Below, piece by piece: positions 39,757 to 50,820 of a stretch of 64,000 nt of DNA; the first letter of the stretch is position 1, and each line of letters starts with the position of its first letter. The stretch is from assembly GCA_041391385.1 (NCBI GenBank), contig JAWKOD010000003.1:263360-327359 (forward strand), read 5' to 3'. The notes below the pieces were generated by a model. It worked only from the letters and a program-made list of their open reading frames with translations. It did no database searches and was not told the DNA's origin. This DNA comes from Bdellovibrionota bacterium (GTDB taxonomy: Bacteria > Bdellovibrionota > UBA2428). Position numbers and translations under genes: made by a program.

Positions 39757-40995
39757 TTGTCAGTAGGCGCCAAGAGCAGCCCCTTGATGCGCCTTTTCAC
39801 AACTCCAAAAGTGTGGGATGTTTTAGGCATGAAATCGTCCTATATTTTAAGCGCAAAACGATCCGCCATTGCTTCTTTTCAAGGCTCTCTTTCAAGCCTA
39901 AGCGCCCCTGAAATTGCAGCTCCCGTTGTTAAAGCTGCATCACTCGAACAAAGTTCTGCCATTGAAGAAGTCTACATGGGCTGTGTTCTCACCGCTGGGA
40001 TTGGCCAAGCTCCCGCCAGACAAGCTGCTCTTAAGGGCGGTCTTCCCCCTAATGTGCCGTGCACAACCGTTGGTAAAGTTTGCGGGTCAGGCCTTAAAGC
40101 CGTAATGCTAGCTGACATCAGTATTAAATGCGGAGAAGCTTCTCTCATTTTAGCGGGTGGTATGGAATCTATGAGCCAGGCACCTTACTTGCTTCCTAAG
40201 GCAAGAAGCGGACTAAGACTTGGCAACGGCGAACTCATTGACTCCATGATTAAAGACGGGCTTTGGGATGCTTATAACGATTTTCATATGGGTGTTGCAG
40301 CCGAGACGTGTGTAAAAAAGTTTCAAATGACCCGTGAGGCTCAAGACAACTATGCAGCCGAATCTTACAAACGAGCCCAAGCAGCAATCAACAATGGCTT
40401 TTTCGCCCAAGAAATTGTTTCTATTGAAGTAAAAAGCAGAAAGGGCATTCTTCAGTTTAATACCGACGAAGAAGCTTCAAAATTTAATCCCGAAAAATCA
40501 AAGGCTCTTCGCCCCGCATTTGATCCAAGCGGAACAATTACAGCTGCAAATGCAAGTAGCCTCAGCGATGGCGCGGCAGCGCTGCTCATTGGTTCTGAAG
40601 AGTGGACAAAAAAATGCAAGCCCATGGCACGTATTGTGGCCCAAGCCCAAGCTGCTCAAGACCCGGTATGGTTCACAACTGCCCCTGCTGAAAGTATTAA
40701 AAAACTTCTTCAAAAAGCACAACTCAAAGCAAGTGACATTGATGCCTGGGAAATCAACGAAGCCTTTGCAGCCGTAGCACTTGTAAACACACAACTTCTA
40801 GAACTTGACCCTGCTAAAGTAAATATTCGTGGTGGTGCTATTGCCCTTGGGCACCCCATTGGAGCCAGTGGCGCAAGAATTCTTGTCACCCTTGCGCACA
40901 CTCTTTCTCAAACGAAAAAACGTTACGGCATTGCAAGCCTTTGCATCGGAGGCGGTGAGGCTACATCAGTTCTTATCGAAAATCTTGAGCTTTGA
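39757..40995 (+). CDS. Acetyl-CoA C-acetyltransferase (thiolase II)
   Basis: Catalytic Cys in VGKVCGSGLKAV, C-terminal NEAFAAVAL and CIGGGEA motifs, 412 aa. Confidence 0.85.
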   Translation: MSVGAKSSPLMRLFTTPKVWDVLGMKSSYILSAKRSAIASFQGSLSSLSAPEIAAPVVKAASLEQSSAIEEVYMGCVLTAGIGQAPARQAALKGGLPPNVPCTTVGKVCGSGLKAVMLADISIKCGEASLILAGGMESMSQAPYLLPKARSGLRLGNGELIDSMIKDGLWDAYNDFHMGVAAETCVKKFQMTREAQDNYAAESYKRAQAAINNGFFAQEIVSIEVKSRKGILQFNTDEEASKFNPEKSKALRPAFDPSGTITAANASSLSDGAAALLIGSEEWTKKCKPMARIVAQAQAAQDPVWFTTAPAESIKKLLQKAQLKASDIDAWEINEAFAAVALVNTQLLELDPAKVNIRGGAIALGHPIGASGARILVTLAHTLSQTKKRYGIASLCIGGGEATSVLIENLEL

Positions 40996-41043
40996 TACTG
41001 TTGTTTCTAAACTTAGAGCTTCGCTTGAAGCTCTTTCTGCAGT

Positions 41044-41788
41044 GGAAGTTGCTGAGCTTTTCTTATCGCCACACATAGACCAAAAAATTTACCTTGAAGC
41101 CACGCTTGAGCCTGGTCCCACAATGTGGATTGTCAACAGAAGCGATGTCTCCAGCGGCACACTCAACATACTTCTCAAACATTCCATTGGCGGGATTGCT
41201 GAAAGAGCTGCTGAAAAAATTAAATCACGAAAAGCTACCATCACTCATCTCACTCCCCCCCCCTTGGAAGAGGATCTCAGTAAAGTTGAAGAATATGCAA
41301 TTGAAGATATATTAGGCCACCCTCTCTGCCCGTGGGAGGCCATGCTCTTTTATGCTATCCATACCGAAGAAGATGTTCGATCAAGCGCTTGTTTAAGTTT
41401 AGCCAGAAGGCTCTGGGAGCATCCCGCACAATCCCAAGACTTCCCCCTTATTGAAGCTCAGTTCAAAGACGTGTTTTCGGTTTTAGCTGCAGAAGATCTC
41501 TCGCCCATGGTACGCGCCTACGCGGCTCGAATACCCATGTGGAAAGACACAGAAATCGAAGCTTTTTTAAGTGATGAGAAAAACACTCACGTTCAGGCCA
41601 AATGGCTGCAGCATGAAAACTGCCCCACTGCGAACTTTGATCAAGTGGCAAGCATTGCCGAAGATCCTTACTTGCGCAGAGTCCTTGCACTTGATTCAAG
41701 ACTAGCTCCAAAGCTAAGAGAAAAACTTCGACAAGCAACTCAAGACCCCTTAGAAGCACTCATTCATGAGGTCTATCAGTCATTATGA
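41044..41788 (+). CDS. Hypothetical protein (the true start is probably GTG at about 41044 or ATG at about 41122, not the track's 40829)
   Basis: The track ORF overlaps the thiolase 3' end by 166 nt in another frame. Its C-terminal two-thirds is non-overlapping, and its stop overlaps the rlmE start (ATGA). Confidence 0.3.
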
Positions 41789-42411
41789 CAAAACCACTCA
41801 AAAACCCTAAGCCCAAGAAAAAAAGAAAGCATTATCAAGTCGTCGATGACTTCACCAAACAAGCGCACAAAGAAGGTTTTGTTGCTCGCAGTATTTTCAA
41901 ACTCCAAGAAATTGATCAAAAGATAAAACTCTTTCAAAAAGGACAAAAAATATTAGACCTTGGAGCAAGTCCAGGGAGTTGGATGCAGTTTGCCTCTAAT
42001 AAAATTGGCCCAACGGGTGTTGTCGTGGGACTCGATATTGTGGAACTAAGGGTTTCAGCTGCTAATATGCATTTTTTCATGCAAGACATGACCGACATCG
42101 AAGGTGTCATATCTCACGTTGGGGAATGGGCTCCTTTTGACATTATTCAAAGTGATGCCATGGTTAAAACAAACGGCATTGTGGATAGTGATTGCGCAAA
42201 ATCAATTCAACTTGTTGAGAGCGGAATTTTACTAGCACAAAGCGAGCTATTAAAAAGTGGTGGGATTTTTCTTGCAAAAATATTCGAAGGTCCCGGATTC
42301 AATCCTTTTTGGAACGAATTCCGAATGACCTTTAAAGGCTCGAAAGTCTTTCGCCCCGAAGCTATACGCAAAGGATCTCGCGAAATTTATATCATGGGCT
42401 ACAAGAAGTAA
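41785..42411 (+). CDS. rlmE: 23S rRNA (uridine2552-2'-O)-methyltransferase RlmE/FtsJ
   Basis: SAM-binding motif ILDLGASPGSWMQ and the FtsJ family length of 208 aa. Confidence 0.85.
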   Translation: MTKPLKNPKPKKKRKHYQVVDDFTKQAHKEGFVARSIFKLQEIDQKIKLFQKGQKILDLGASPGSWMQFASNKIGPTGVVVGLDIVELRVSAANMHFFMQDMTDIEGVISHVGEWAPFDIIQSDAMVKTNGIVDSDCAKSIQLVESGILLAQSELLKSGGIFLAKIFEGPGFNPFWNEFRMTFKGSKVFRPEAIRKGSREIYIMGYKK

Positions 42412-42427
42412 AAAAGGTCTCTGACGC

Positions 42428-43188
42428 CTAAGTGACGATGCGCTGGAAGATTTCTTCCTCGGTGCCTGATAGAAGTTCTTTCACATTGCCCTGATGGCGG
42501 AGTTTGCCGTCTCCTAGAACAAGTGCTTGGCCGTGCATTTTTGAGCAAAGCTCACGTGGTGTGTAACCAAAATTACAGGGCAAGGATGAGCGCGCTCCAC
42601 ATCAGCAATCATTTTAAAAACTTCATGAGTCATATAGGGATCAAGGGCTGAAGTTGGTTCATCTAAAAACAAAAGCTTAGGCCGAGTAATCATAGCTCTT
42701 AAAATAGCAACTCGTTGTTTTTGACCACCCGAAAGCTTAGCTGGCATTTTAAGAGCGTGATCTTCTAAAGAAAAACTTTTAAGTGCCTCCATGGCTCGCT
42801 CCTCGGCCTCAGACTGAGACACAGCGTGCACCTTAACAAGCGGCAAACAAATATTCTCAAGCGCTGAAAGATGTGGAAACAAATTAAATGATTGAAAGAC
42901 AACCCCAGTTTTTTTCCGAAAAGCTCTAAGGCCTTTCTCGTCATGAGCGAGAACTTCTGTATCCCATGCAATTGTCCCAGATTCTGGAAGCTCTAAACCA
43001 CACAAGAGTCTCATCAGGGTAGATTTTCCTCCACCCGAAGGGCCCATCAGGAGAAGACTTTCAAACTCAATATCAAGTGAGAAATCTTGAAAAACTTCAT
43101 GTCCAGGATAAGAAAAACTTAAACTATCAATTTTGAGTTTAATTTTACTAGAACTCATAATGAAGCCTTCTTTCCATTCGATGAGCAA
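42428..43188 (-). CDS. Polar-amino-acid ABC transporter ATP-binding protein (GlnQ/HisP-like) with a frameshift at about 42516
   Basis: Walker A GPSGGGKST, signature LSGGQKQRVAI and Walker B LLFLDEPTSALD. The track ORF ends …FAQKCTAKHLF*, but the adjacent frame continues …LVLGDGKLRHQGNVKELLSGTEEEIFQRIVT*, which restores the canonical C-terminus. Confidence 0.8.
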
Positions 43189-43885
43189 ACCAAGTAATCG
43201 GCGCTGTTATGAGCAAATAACCAAATGCTAAAGGCAAATAAACTTCTAAAGTTGAATACGTTAATGAGTTCACTTCCTGAGCATTTAAGGTAAATTCACT
43301 CACGGCAATAATCGACAAAAGCGAGGAATCCTTCACAATAGATGCAAATTGGCCACCAAGTGCAGGCAAAGCAATTTTTATAAGCTGAGGTCCAATAACT
43401 TCTTTATATGTTTGCCAGGGCTCAAGCCCGATAGAACGTGCGGCATCCCACTGACTTTTGGGAATAGATTCCAAAGCAGATCTAAATATTTCTGAAATGT
43501 ACGCAGCACTAAAGTTAGAAAGAATTAGGACTGATAACCAAAACCGATTATCTAAACCCGCGGCATTCGCGATAACGTAAAAAAATAAAAGAATTTGTAC
43601 CAAAAGAGGAGTGCCCCTCATTAAATGAACCCACGTGAGAGAAAAACTCTTTAAAAGCGCGGGCCCACGTTGCATGAGCATTAACACCCATCCCCACACA
43701 ACACTTAGAATCAATGCAACTGCAGAGATTTTTAAAGTCATCAGCCAACCTTGACTAAGTTTTTCTCTATAATCCCATATAACCGACCAATTCCACTGAT
43801 AGTCAATTCGTTGAAAACTTAGATAAAGAAGTCCAAGTAAAACCACGTAAACAAATAAGTACAAGTACCAAGTTTTCTTAAACAC
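43148..43885 (-). CDS. Polar-amino-acid ABC transporter permease (HisM/GlnP family)
   Basis: About five TM helices and an EAA-like loop (…AARSIGLEPWQTYKEVIGPQL…). Confidence 0.75.
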   Translation of the reverse strand: MFKKTWYLYLFVYVVLLGLLYLSFQRIDYQWNWSVIWDYREKLSQGWLMTLKISAVALILSVVWGWVLMLMQRGPALLKSFSLTWVHLMRGTPLLVQILLFFYVIANAAGLDNRFWLSVLILSNFSAAYISEIFRSALESIPKSQWDAARSIGLEPWQTYKEVIGPQLIKIALPALGGQFASIVKDSSLLSIIAVSEFTLNAQEVNSLTYSTLEVYLPLAFGYLLITAPITWFAHRMERRLHYEF

Positions 43886-43914
43886 TCATTCAAAATCTCC
43901 AAATCATATAAGGT

Positions 43915-44730
43915 CTAAAGGATAAAGTTAACGCCAAGCTCTTTGAAAACTTGTTTTTCTTCTCCCAAATATTCAGTGGCAAGATTGTCAAAACCCTGCT
44001 CTTTTCTGAACTCCTGAATAAACTGATTCACATCTTCAACTAGCTTTTTATTTCCTTTTTTTATTCCAATAGCCCAAGACTCTTCTTGAAAAGCCTTTAA
44101 AAGTGCCCGTGTTGTATTCCTATTTTTTATCCAATGCTTATACACAGACATTTGATCATAAATAAATGCATCTGCTTTTTTCTGAACAACTTCTAGAACA
44201 GCTGAAGTTTCCTTGTCCAAAACCAATAGTTTTGCTTTCGGTAGGTTTTTAGAAGCCCATGCGTGCGCAGTGGTTCCTTTTTTCACAGCTACTCGGGTGC
44301 CAGCTTTCTTAAGATCTTCTTCATTTTGAATTTTTGTATCGCTACCAACAAGTAAAGCTAATCCTGTTTTTACATAGGGAGTTGAAAAATCAATCGATTT
44401 TTTTCTTTCTTCATTCACTGTAAGAGAAGAAATTACCAAATCAATTGAGCCAGTCTTTAGAGCTGGGATAAGTCCATCAAAAGACATATTCTCAATTTGA
44501 ACGGTTCTGTTTAGCTTTTTCCCTAAAGCTTTTGCAATTCCAACGCTTATTCCATCTGGCTTTCCGGCCTTATCCGTCATTTCAAAAGGAGGATAAGCTA
44601 ACTCCATACCTACTTTAAGTACTTTTGAAGGAGCTCCCATAAGAGTTCCTGAAAACAAGAATGTGGTTAATAGCAATAGGTTTTTCGAAAGCATCATCAT
44701 AGCCCATAATACTAAATCGACTTTATTCAA
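43915..44730 (-). CDS. Periplasmic amino-acid-binding protein (PBP type 3)
   Basis: Signal peptide and a family 3 solute-binding fold (…KVGMELAYPPFE…). Confidence 0.75.
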   Translation of the reverse strand: MNKVDLVLWAMMMLSKNLLLLTTFLFSGTLMGAPSKVLKVGMELAYPPFEMTDKAGKPDGISVGIAKALGKKLNRTVQIENMSFDGLIPALKTGSIDLVISSLTVNEERKKSIDFSTPYVKTGLALLVGSDTKIQNEEDLKKAGTRVAVKKGTTAHAWASKNLPKAKLLVLDKETSAVLEVVQKKADAFIYDQMSVYKHWIKNRNTTRALLKAFQEESWAIGIKKGNKKLVEDVNQFIQEFRKEQGFDNLATEYLGEEKQVFKELGVNFIL

Positions 44731-44763
44731 AGGTACAGTAAAAGCTACAAAGTCTAAAATCTG

Positions 44764-45399
44764 CTATTTAAGCGCATCAATCTGATTCTCGGGGGAGCTA
44801 CTCAAACACTCCTGTGTCGCCATACAAGAGTCCCATATTTTATATAAAAGTGGATATTGGTTTAATTCCAAAGAGAATCGCTTCGCATTATACATCTGGG
44901 GAATTAAAAACAAATCAGCTGCTGAGATCTTATCTCCGAAACAAAATTTACCCGCATACGACTTTATTCCTTTTTCAAAAGCACACAGTCCATTGTTAGT
45001 AAAATGCCGAGCCCATTCTATCTTTTTAGAAGAATCTTCGGAGTGAATTTTTTGAACACGAGGAGTCTGAAGGGGCGCAGTATCTGCATTAATAATTTCA
45101 CAAAACTCAATAATTTTATATCGCTGTGAGCGATCCCTACCAAAGAGCATGGGCTCACATGCAAAGTTCTCCTCTAACCACAAAAGAATGGCCATACTCT
45201 GCGATAAATAGGTCTCGGGAGCTACCTCCATTACAGGCAGGGCCCCCATTACATTTCTTCGTAAATGAGCCTCTTCTCGATGCTCACCTTTTAAAATATT
45301 AACTGGAATATAATTATATGGGATTTTTTTAAGTTCAAGAGCCCATCTCACACGCCAACTTGCAGAAGATCTCCAATATCCGAAAAGTTTAATATTCAT
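44764..45399 (-). CDS. maiA: Maleylacetoacetate isomerase / zeta-class glutathione S-transferase
   Basis: N-terminus KLFGYWRSSASWRVRWALELKKIPYNYIPVNILKGE matches the GST-zeta/MaiA 'LYSYFRSSCSWRVRIAL…' signature. Confidence 0.6.
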   Translation of the reverse strand: MNIKLFGYWRSSASWRVRWALELKKIPYNYIPVNILKGEHREEAHLRRNVMGALPVMEVAPETYLSQSMAILLWLEENFACEPMLFGRDRSQRYKIIEFCEIINADTAPLQTPRVQKIHSEDSSKKIEWARHFTNNGLCAFEKGIKSYAGKFCFGDKISAADLFLIPQMYNAKRFSLELNQYPLLYKIWDSCMATQECLSSSPENQIDALK

Positions 45400-46189
45400 A
45401 CTGGTCTAAACCTTCTTTACAGTAAGTCCGTTTTTCTAAAAGAGCCTGCTCGAGCTCTTTGTCATTACTTAAAAGATTTTTCTTAGAATTTTCAATGTGA
45501 AACAGATGATACACAATTGCTGAAAAGTAGAGATCAGAACGCAAAATACCTGAGTTATAGAGTCTAATGACGAGCTCTGAGTCCTCTCTTCCCCACCCCA
45601 CAAAAGCCTCATTAAAACCATTTACTTTTCTAAGGTCCTCTTTCCAAAAAGACATATTACAGCCCCTCACACCCTTAAGTCTTTTATGAGCTCCTTTAAA
45701 AATGTCCCTCAAAAGCAATGCACGAAAGGCGTTCTTCTTATTCGACAAGCCCTCTTCTAAGATTGAAAAGCTAATTCGCTTTTCCTGCAAAACTTCTTCA
45801 GACACAGGCGCATCCAAAAGTACTCGATGTCCTTGTAAAAAAACACCTTTCCTCGAAGCGCTCAAATGATCTTGAACAAAACAAGGATGTAAAATTTGAT
45901 CGGCATCAATACTAATGACGTATTCAAATTGAGACTTTGCTACGGCTTTATTTCTTATTTTAGCTAGCTGAAAACCTTCATCCGCATGCCACACATGAAG
46001 CAATGGAACTGGGGACTGCTTTTGAAGTCGCTCCACTAAGAGTCGAGTACTCTCTGTTGAACCATCGTCAGCAACTATAATTTCACTCGGCAAGTGCGCT
46101 TGCTGAAAAGCACTTAAGAGACACAGCTCAAGCGCATCAACCCGGTTATAAGTACTCATAATAAGTGACGCTTGAGGAAGATTTTTCAT
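45389..46189 (-). CDS. Family 2 glycosyltransferase
   Basis: SLIMSTYNRVDALELCLLS…IIVADDGSTD…ISIDADQ (DxD) pattern. Confidence 0.75.
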   Translation of the reverse strand: MKNLPQASLIMSTYNRVDALELCLLSAFQQAHLPSEIIVADDGSTESTRLLVERLQKQSPVPLLHVWHADEGFQLAKIRNKAVAKSQFEYVISIDADQILHPCFVQDHLSASRKGVFLQGHRVLLDAPVSEEVLQEKRISFSILEEGLSNKKNAFRALLLRDIFKGAHKRLKGVRGCNMSFWKEDLRKVNGFNEAFVGWGREDSELVIRLYNSGILRSDLYFSAIVYHLFHIENSKKNLLSNDKELEQALLEKRTYCKEGLDQYEY

Positions 46190-46962
46190 GATTTGAGCGA
46201 GTCGTTAGCCTCAAGCAATTTCATATTTTTATAAAAAACGCCTGCGGCACTACAAAAGGAAATAAGCAGTCCTTCACGTCCAAGCAAAATACCGCGCTTT
46301 AAAATATAATTTCTAAAGAAAGAATAAGCTGCCCTCATGGATAAACTAAAAAGCGAAATGTTTTTGCCTCTTTTCTCTGAAGCATAGAGAGTGGAATAAT
46401 GATCCAGCTTTTGAATGAGCTCTGATATGTTCTCATAGGGGTAATGAAGGATTGCGCCTTGAAGCGATTCCACTCGTATTCCTTCTTTGAGTTCAACTTT
46501 TTCGTGAATTTTAGAGTCATTATAATTTGTCTGAGTTCTGTCATAAAGACGAATCACTGAATCAGGATACCAGTCACAGCCCTTTATCCATTTACCTCGG
46601 TAATGATTTCGTCTGGAGACTTCATAAACTCGCTTTGGATTGAGGTCCTTTGTAGATAAATCTTCAATAAGCTCATTATTCAATCGCTCATCACTATCTA
46701 AATTTAGTATCCAATCATTTTTTGCTAATGATGCTGCCTTTTTTTTCATAGGCCCAAAACCCAAGAAAGCTCCTGCAAAAAACTTTACATTTGGAAAAGA
46801 TCGAGCGATTTCTTCAGTTTTATCTGTTGAAAGTGAATCCAGAACTATAATCTCATCAAAAGAACGTACCGATTCTAAAGTTTTACCGAGCTTAGCCTCG
46901 CTGTTCCTTGTAAGAATCGTTACGCTAATTTTCATTTTAAAGCCTTTAGGGCTGAAAATCAT
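46186..46962 (-). CDS. Family 2 glycosyltransferase
   Basis: ISVTILTRNSEAKLGKTLESV…IIVLDSLSTD…LNLDSDE pattern. Confidence 0.75.
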   Translation of the reverse strand: MIFSPKGFKMKISVTILTRNSEAKLGKTLESVRSFDEIIVLDSLSTDKTEEIARSFPNVKFFAGAFLGFGPMKKKAASLAKNDWILNLDSDERLNNELIEDLSTKDLNPKRVYEVSRRNHYRGKWIKGCDWYPDSVIRLYDRTQTNYNDSKIHEKVELKEGIRVESLQGAILHYPYENISELIQKLDHYSTLYASEKRGKNISLFSLSMRAAYSFFRNYILKRGILLGREGLLISFCSAAGVFYKNMKLLEANDSLKS

Positions 46963-47884
46963 CAGACACTTTTACAATGCGGTTACTCAGCCTACCCATG
47001 CCCTCAACTTCCATATCAAGTTGATCGTTTTCCTTAAGCCACTTAGCTGTGGGCGTGTAGCCATTGAGTTCCATAAAACATCCTGTGCCGCACGTGCCGC
47101 TTCCGATCACGTCCCCCGGATAGAGATAAGTTCCATAACTTGCACGTTCTATGATTTGAGCAAAAGTATAAGTCATGTCCTTTAAGTTCCCCTCAGAGAT
47201 TTTTTCTCCATTGAGGAAAGCTTTCATAGACAAATCATAGCGTTCGCCTTGTTGTGAAGGAATAAGTTTAGGCTGCAATTCATCACGAGTAACAAGCCAA
47301 GGGCCAAGTGAGTTCGCAAAATCCTTGCCCTTACAAGGTCCCATGTTCAGCTTCATTTCTTTAGCCTGAAGGCTGCGAGCAGACCAGTCATTCCATATGG
47401 TATAGCCAGCAATAAACTCATCTGCCTTTTCAGCGGTTATGTTTTTACCTTTTTTCCCAATGACAATACCGACTTCTAATTCAAAATCTAACTGCTCAAG
47501 GTGTTTTGCCTGAACCTTCACATCACCTGAACCGATAATAGAGCGATGATCTCCGAAGTAAAAAACGGGAAACTCATCGTACTCAGGGATCATAGGGAGT
47601 CCACGGTGTTTCCTAGAAGCTTCAACGTGCTGTCTAAAAGCATAACCATCACGAATGGATCCTGGATTTGGAATACACGCACGAAGAACAATTTCATCCA
47701 TTTTAAACTGCGGATGGTTTTTTATTTCTTTAAAAAGTTGACCCACTTTAGACAACCCATCTTTTTCTAAAAAGCTTTTCAGATCAGGAGCGATCGCAGA
47801 AAAATCAGCTACGCTATCGCTGCCAGACATGGCACCCCAAGATTCTCGGTTATCAGATTTCCTTAAAAAACTACAAAATCGCAT
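46946..47884 (-). CDS. Fumarylacetoacetate hydrolase (FAH) family protein, short FAHD-type (the true start is probably at about 47830)
   Basis: C-terminal FAH-fold motifs (…[11 protein letters not shown]…[15 protein letters not shown]…). Confidence 0.65.
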   Translation of the reverse strand: MRFCSFLRKSDNRESWGAMSGSDSVADFSAIAPDLKSFLEKDGLSKVGQLFKEIKNHPQFKMDEIVLRACIPNPGSIRDGYAFRQHVEASRKHRGLPMIPEYDEFPVFYFGDHRSIIGSGDVKVQAKHLEQLDFELEVGIVIGKKGKNITAEKADEFIAGYTIWNDWSARSLQAKEMKLNMGPCKGKDFANSLGPWLVTRDELQPKLIPSQQGERYDLSMKAFLNGEKISEGNLKDMTYTFAQIIERASYGTYLYPGDVIGSGTCGTGCFMELNGYTPTAKWLKENDQLDMEVEGMGRLSNRIVKVSDDFQP

Positions 47885-49106
47885 GCACTTTCTCCTTTAG
47901 ATTAGAATCAATTTTTTCCAAAAAGGCCTCGGTGGTTAAATAATGCTCAGGCTTTACAGCACTGCCGTGAATACAAACAGCTAGATCTTTTGTCATAAAT
48001 CCACTCTCAACGGTATCAATACAGACTTTTTCTAAAGTTTCAGAGAATTGAATCAATTTTTCGTTACTATCCAATCGCCCCCTATGAGCCAATCCCTGAG
48101 TCCAAGCAAAAATACTTGCAATAGGATTGGTAGAAGTCGCCTTACCTTGTTGATGTAAGCGGTAGTGGCGAGTCACGGTACCATGTGCAGCTTCGGCTTC
48201 CATGGTTTTTCCATCGGGAGTGATAAGTGTCGATGTCATGAGACCCAAAGATCCAAAACCTTGAGCTACGGTATCACTCTGAACATCTCCGTCGTAGTTT
48301 TTACAGGCCCAAACAAAAGCTCCGTTCCATTTCAGAACAGCTGCTACCATGTCATCAATCAAGCGATGCTCATACGTAATACCCGCTGCTTCGAACTTAG
48401 GCTTGTATTCTTTTTCATAAAGGTCCTGGAATATATCCTTGAAGCGACCATCATACTTTTTCAAAATTGTGTTTTTAGTCGAAAGATACAGAGGCCACTT
48501 CTTCATGAGCGCTTGCTGAAAGCAACTATGAGCGAATCCCGTAATGGACTCGTCTGTATTGAACATCGCAAGGCCAATGCCATCGCCCTTAAATTTATTC
48601 ACTTCATAACTTTGAGCAGGACTTCCGTCATCAGGCTGAAAAGTCAAAGTAAGCGTGCCCTTTCCTTTTACTAGGATGTCCGTGCAATTGTACTGATCCC
48701 CATACGCATGACGACCAATGCAAATTGGCTGCGTCCACTGAGGGATTAAGCGAGGTACATTTTTGCAAAGAATAGGTTCACGAAAAACGGTTCCGCCCAA
48801 AATGTTACGAATTGTCCCATTAGGAGACTTCCACATTTTTTTGAGATTAAACTCTTCTACTCGTTTTTCATCTGGAGTGATCGTGGCGCACTTAATCCCA
48901 ACATTGCATTTTTTAATGGCTTCCGCGGCCTCAACTGTAATGCGGTCTTCTGTCTTATCGCGGCTCTCAATACTGAGATCAAAATATTGAATTTCTAAGT
49001 CCAAATAAGGTTTAATTAACTTTTCACGAATAAAGCCCCAGATAACTCGGGTCATTTCATCGCCATCAAGTTCAACAACAGGATTTTTAACTGCAATTTT
49101 TGCCAT
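47871..49106 (-). CDS. icd: NADP-dependent isocitrate dehydrogenase, eukaryote-like subfamily II (the true start is probably the internal [13 protein letters not shown])
   Basis: [23 protein letters not shown]… through …TVTRHYR match the IDH1/IDP-type dimeric enzymes of about 410 aa. Confidence 0.85.
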   Translation of the reverse strand: MAKIAVKNPVVELDGDEMTRVIWGFIREKLIKPYLDLEIQYFDLSIESRDKTEDRITVEAAEAIKKCNVGIKCATITPDEKRVEEFNLKKMWKSPNGTIRNILGGTVFREPILCKNVPRLIPQWTQPICIGRHAYGDQYNCTDILVKGKGTLTLTFQPDDGSPAQSYEVNKFKGDGIGLAMFNTDESITGFAHSCFQQALMKKWPLYLSTKNTILKKYDGRFKDIFQDLYEKEYKPKFEAAGITYEHRLIDDMVAAVLKWNGAFVWACKNYDGDVQSDTVAQGFGSLGLMTSTLITPDGKTMEAEAAHGTVTRHYRLHQQGKATSTNPIASIFAWTQGLAHRGRLDSNEKLIQFSETLEKVCIDTVESGFMTKDLAVCIHGSAVKPEHYLTTEAFLEKIDSNLKEKVHAIL

Positions 49107-49128
49107 ACCCACCCCTTTTATATGAATA

Positions 49129-49794
49129 CTAGGGAAGCTTCCACCCCGGATCGAGCCACTTTTCACGCCAATAGCTAGGGAATGGAGCCTCAATCTTAAG
49201 TTTTGCTCCTGTGAGCGGATGCTTAAACTCTACACAGCGCGCATGCAGTGCAATGGGCACGCCAGAGGGATCAGCCTTTCCGTACACCCTATCTCCCATA
49301 ACAGGATGTCCCATCTCTAAGCAATGAAGGCGTATTTGATGCGTTTTGCCTGTTTCAAGCTGAGCCTCTACCCAAGAACGAGACGCTCCACTGTGAAGAA
49401 CTCTAAAATGTGTGACGGCGCGCTCTGTGGGCCTCCCCTTTGTAAAATTTGCCCAATGGCCTCGTGTTTTTTTGATAAAACTTCGAACCTCTTTCCAAGA
49501 TTCCAACCAGCGACCCACTACAACGACGGAATAAGTCTTTTTTATTTCTCGCCCCAAGAATACTTCACTCATTGGCTTTTTAATGGCTTCACTTTTGCCC
49601 AGAAGCACGACTCCCGTTGTGTCTACGTCGAGTCGGTGAAACAAAGTAAGAGTCTGACCTAGTTTCTTTTCCAAAATGCCCTGCAAATGAGGTCGTGCAG
49701 GATCCAGCGTCACATGCACAGGCAAAAAAGGCGGTTTATTCACTGCCAGTAAATGCTCATCTTCATAAAGAATCGAAACGTCACTTAAACTCAT
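49129..49794 (-). CDS. RluA-family pseudouridine synthase
   Basis: Catalytic Asp motif [15 protein letters not shown]. Confidence 0.7.
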   Translation of the reverse strand: MSLSDVSILYEDEHLLAVNKPPFLPVHVTLDPARPHLQGILEKKLGQTLTLFHRLDVDTTGVVLLGKSEAIKKPMSEVFLGREIKKTYSVVVVGRWLESWKEVRSFIKKTRGHWANFTKGRPTERAVTHFRVLHSGASRSWVEAQLETGKTHQIRLHCLEMGHPVMGDRVYGKADPSGVPIALHARCVEFKHPLTGAKLKIEAPFPSYWREKWLDPGWKLP

Positions 49795-49875
49795 AACACA
49801 ATACTAAAACAAAGAAGGGAGCAGACTCTCGCCTGCTCCCTTCTTCTTAAAAACAATAAACTATCTAAACAGCAG

Positions 49876-50609
49876 TTATTCAGCTTTTGCTTCCTCTGTT
49901 TTTACTTCTTCAACTGCAGCTACTTTTTTCAAAGGTCTCTTCTCAAATTTACCCTTAACGCTTGCCTTAAGAGTGATGTAACTGTTTTTTGATCCAGGAA
50001 TGGCGCCTTTAATAAGGACGACATTTTGAGCGGCATCAATGCCAGCAACTGTAAGATTTTGCACAGTTACAAAACGATCACCCATGTGACCAGGCATTTT
50101 TTTATTTTTAAATACGCGTCCAGGAATTGATCTCATACCGATAGATCCACCGTGACGAAAGAACTCGTGGTTATGCGAGTGACGAGCTCCGCGGAAGTTA
50201 TGTCTTTTCATAACACCTTGAAAGCCTTTACCAATAGATGAAGAAGAGGCATCAACATGATCGCCCACTTTGAGGAAAGAAGCGTCTAAAACATCGCCCA
50301 CTTCAACTTCATTAATTTTTGATTCGTCCGTTCTAAACTCTTTAAGCACTCGTTTAGCTGGAGCCTTAGATGCTTTTGCATGACCGGCTTGAGGCTTCGT
50401 AACGTTTTGAGCTTTTCTGTCATCAAAACCTAACTGAATAGCGCAATAGCCGTCTTTTTCTTTTGTTTTCTTTTGAACGACCACGCAAGGACCTACTTGT
50501 AGGGCAGTCACGGGAGTTACGTCTCCAGATTCAGAAAAAATCTGAGTCATGCCCAATTTTTTCCAATAAGTACGAGTTCGGGGAATGTTGTTCTTGCTTT
50601 TCTAGCCAT
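49876..50609 (-). CDS. rplC: 50S ribosomal protein L3, with a one-base homopolymer indel near its 5' end (about 50560)
   Basis: The body (…GKGFQGVMKRHNFRGARHSHNHEFFRHGGSIG…) is canonical L3. The track ORF starts MGMTQIF on TTG. The adjacent frame reads ATG-GCT-AGA… MARKARTTFPELVLIGKNWA*. Adding one A to the A6 run (ggAAAAAAttggg) yields MARKARTTFPELVLIGKKLGMTQIF…, the canonical L3 N-terminus. Confidence 0.85.
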
Positions 50610-50820
50610 CTATAAAATCCTTTTAGATCAATGCCTAAAAGGTCCTTCCTTTTTCTTTCATCCATCATTCTCGATTGGGTCCTATGAGGCCCAAGGGAAC
50701 TGGCAATTTTGTGCCTCTATTTACACTGCAAATTACCTTGCGGGTCAAGGGTTCTAAATAAGCTCGCTTTTTCCATTCCCGCCCTTGCGATGGAACTTAA
50801 GAAAGGCCTAGAATGAGGCC

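Noticed and set aside
47871-49193. Apparent overlaps of icd with both the FAH-family gene and the RluA-family gene
   Set aside because: They are explained by the over-extended N-terminus in the ORF track. The canonical IDH start ([13 protein letters not shown]…) is at about 49106 and the FAH start is probably an internal Met, so there is no real gene overlap.
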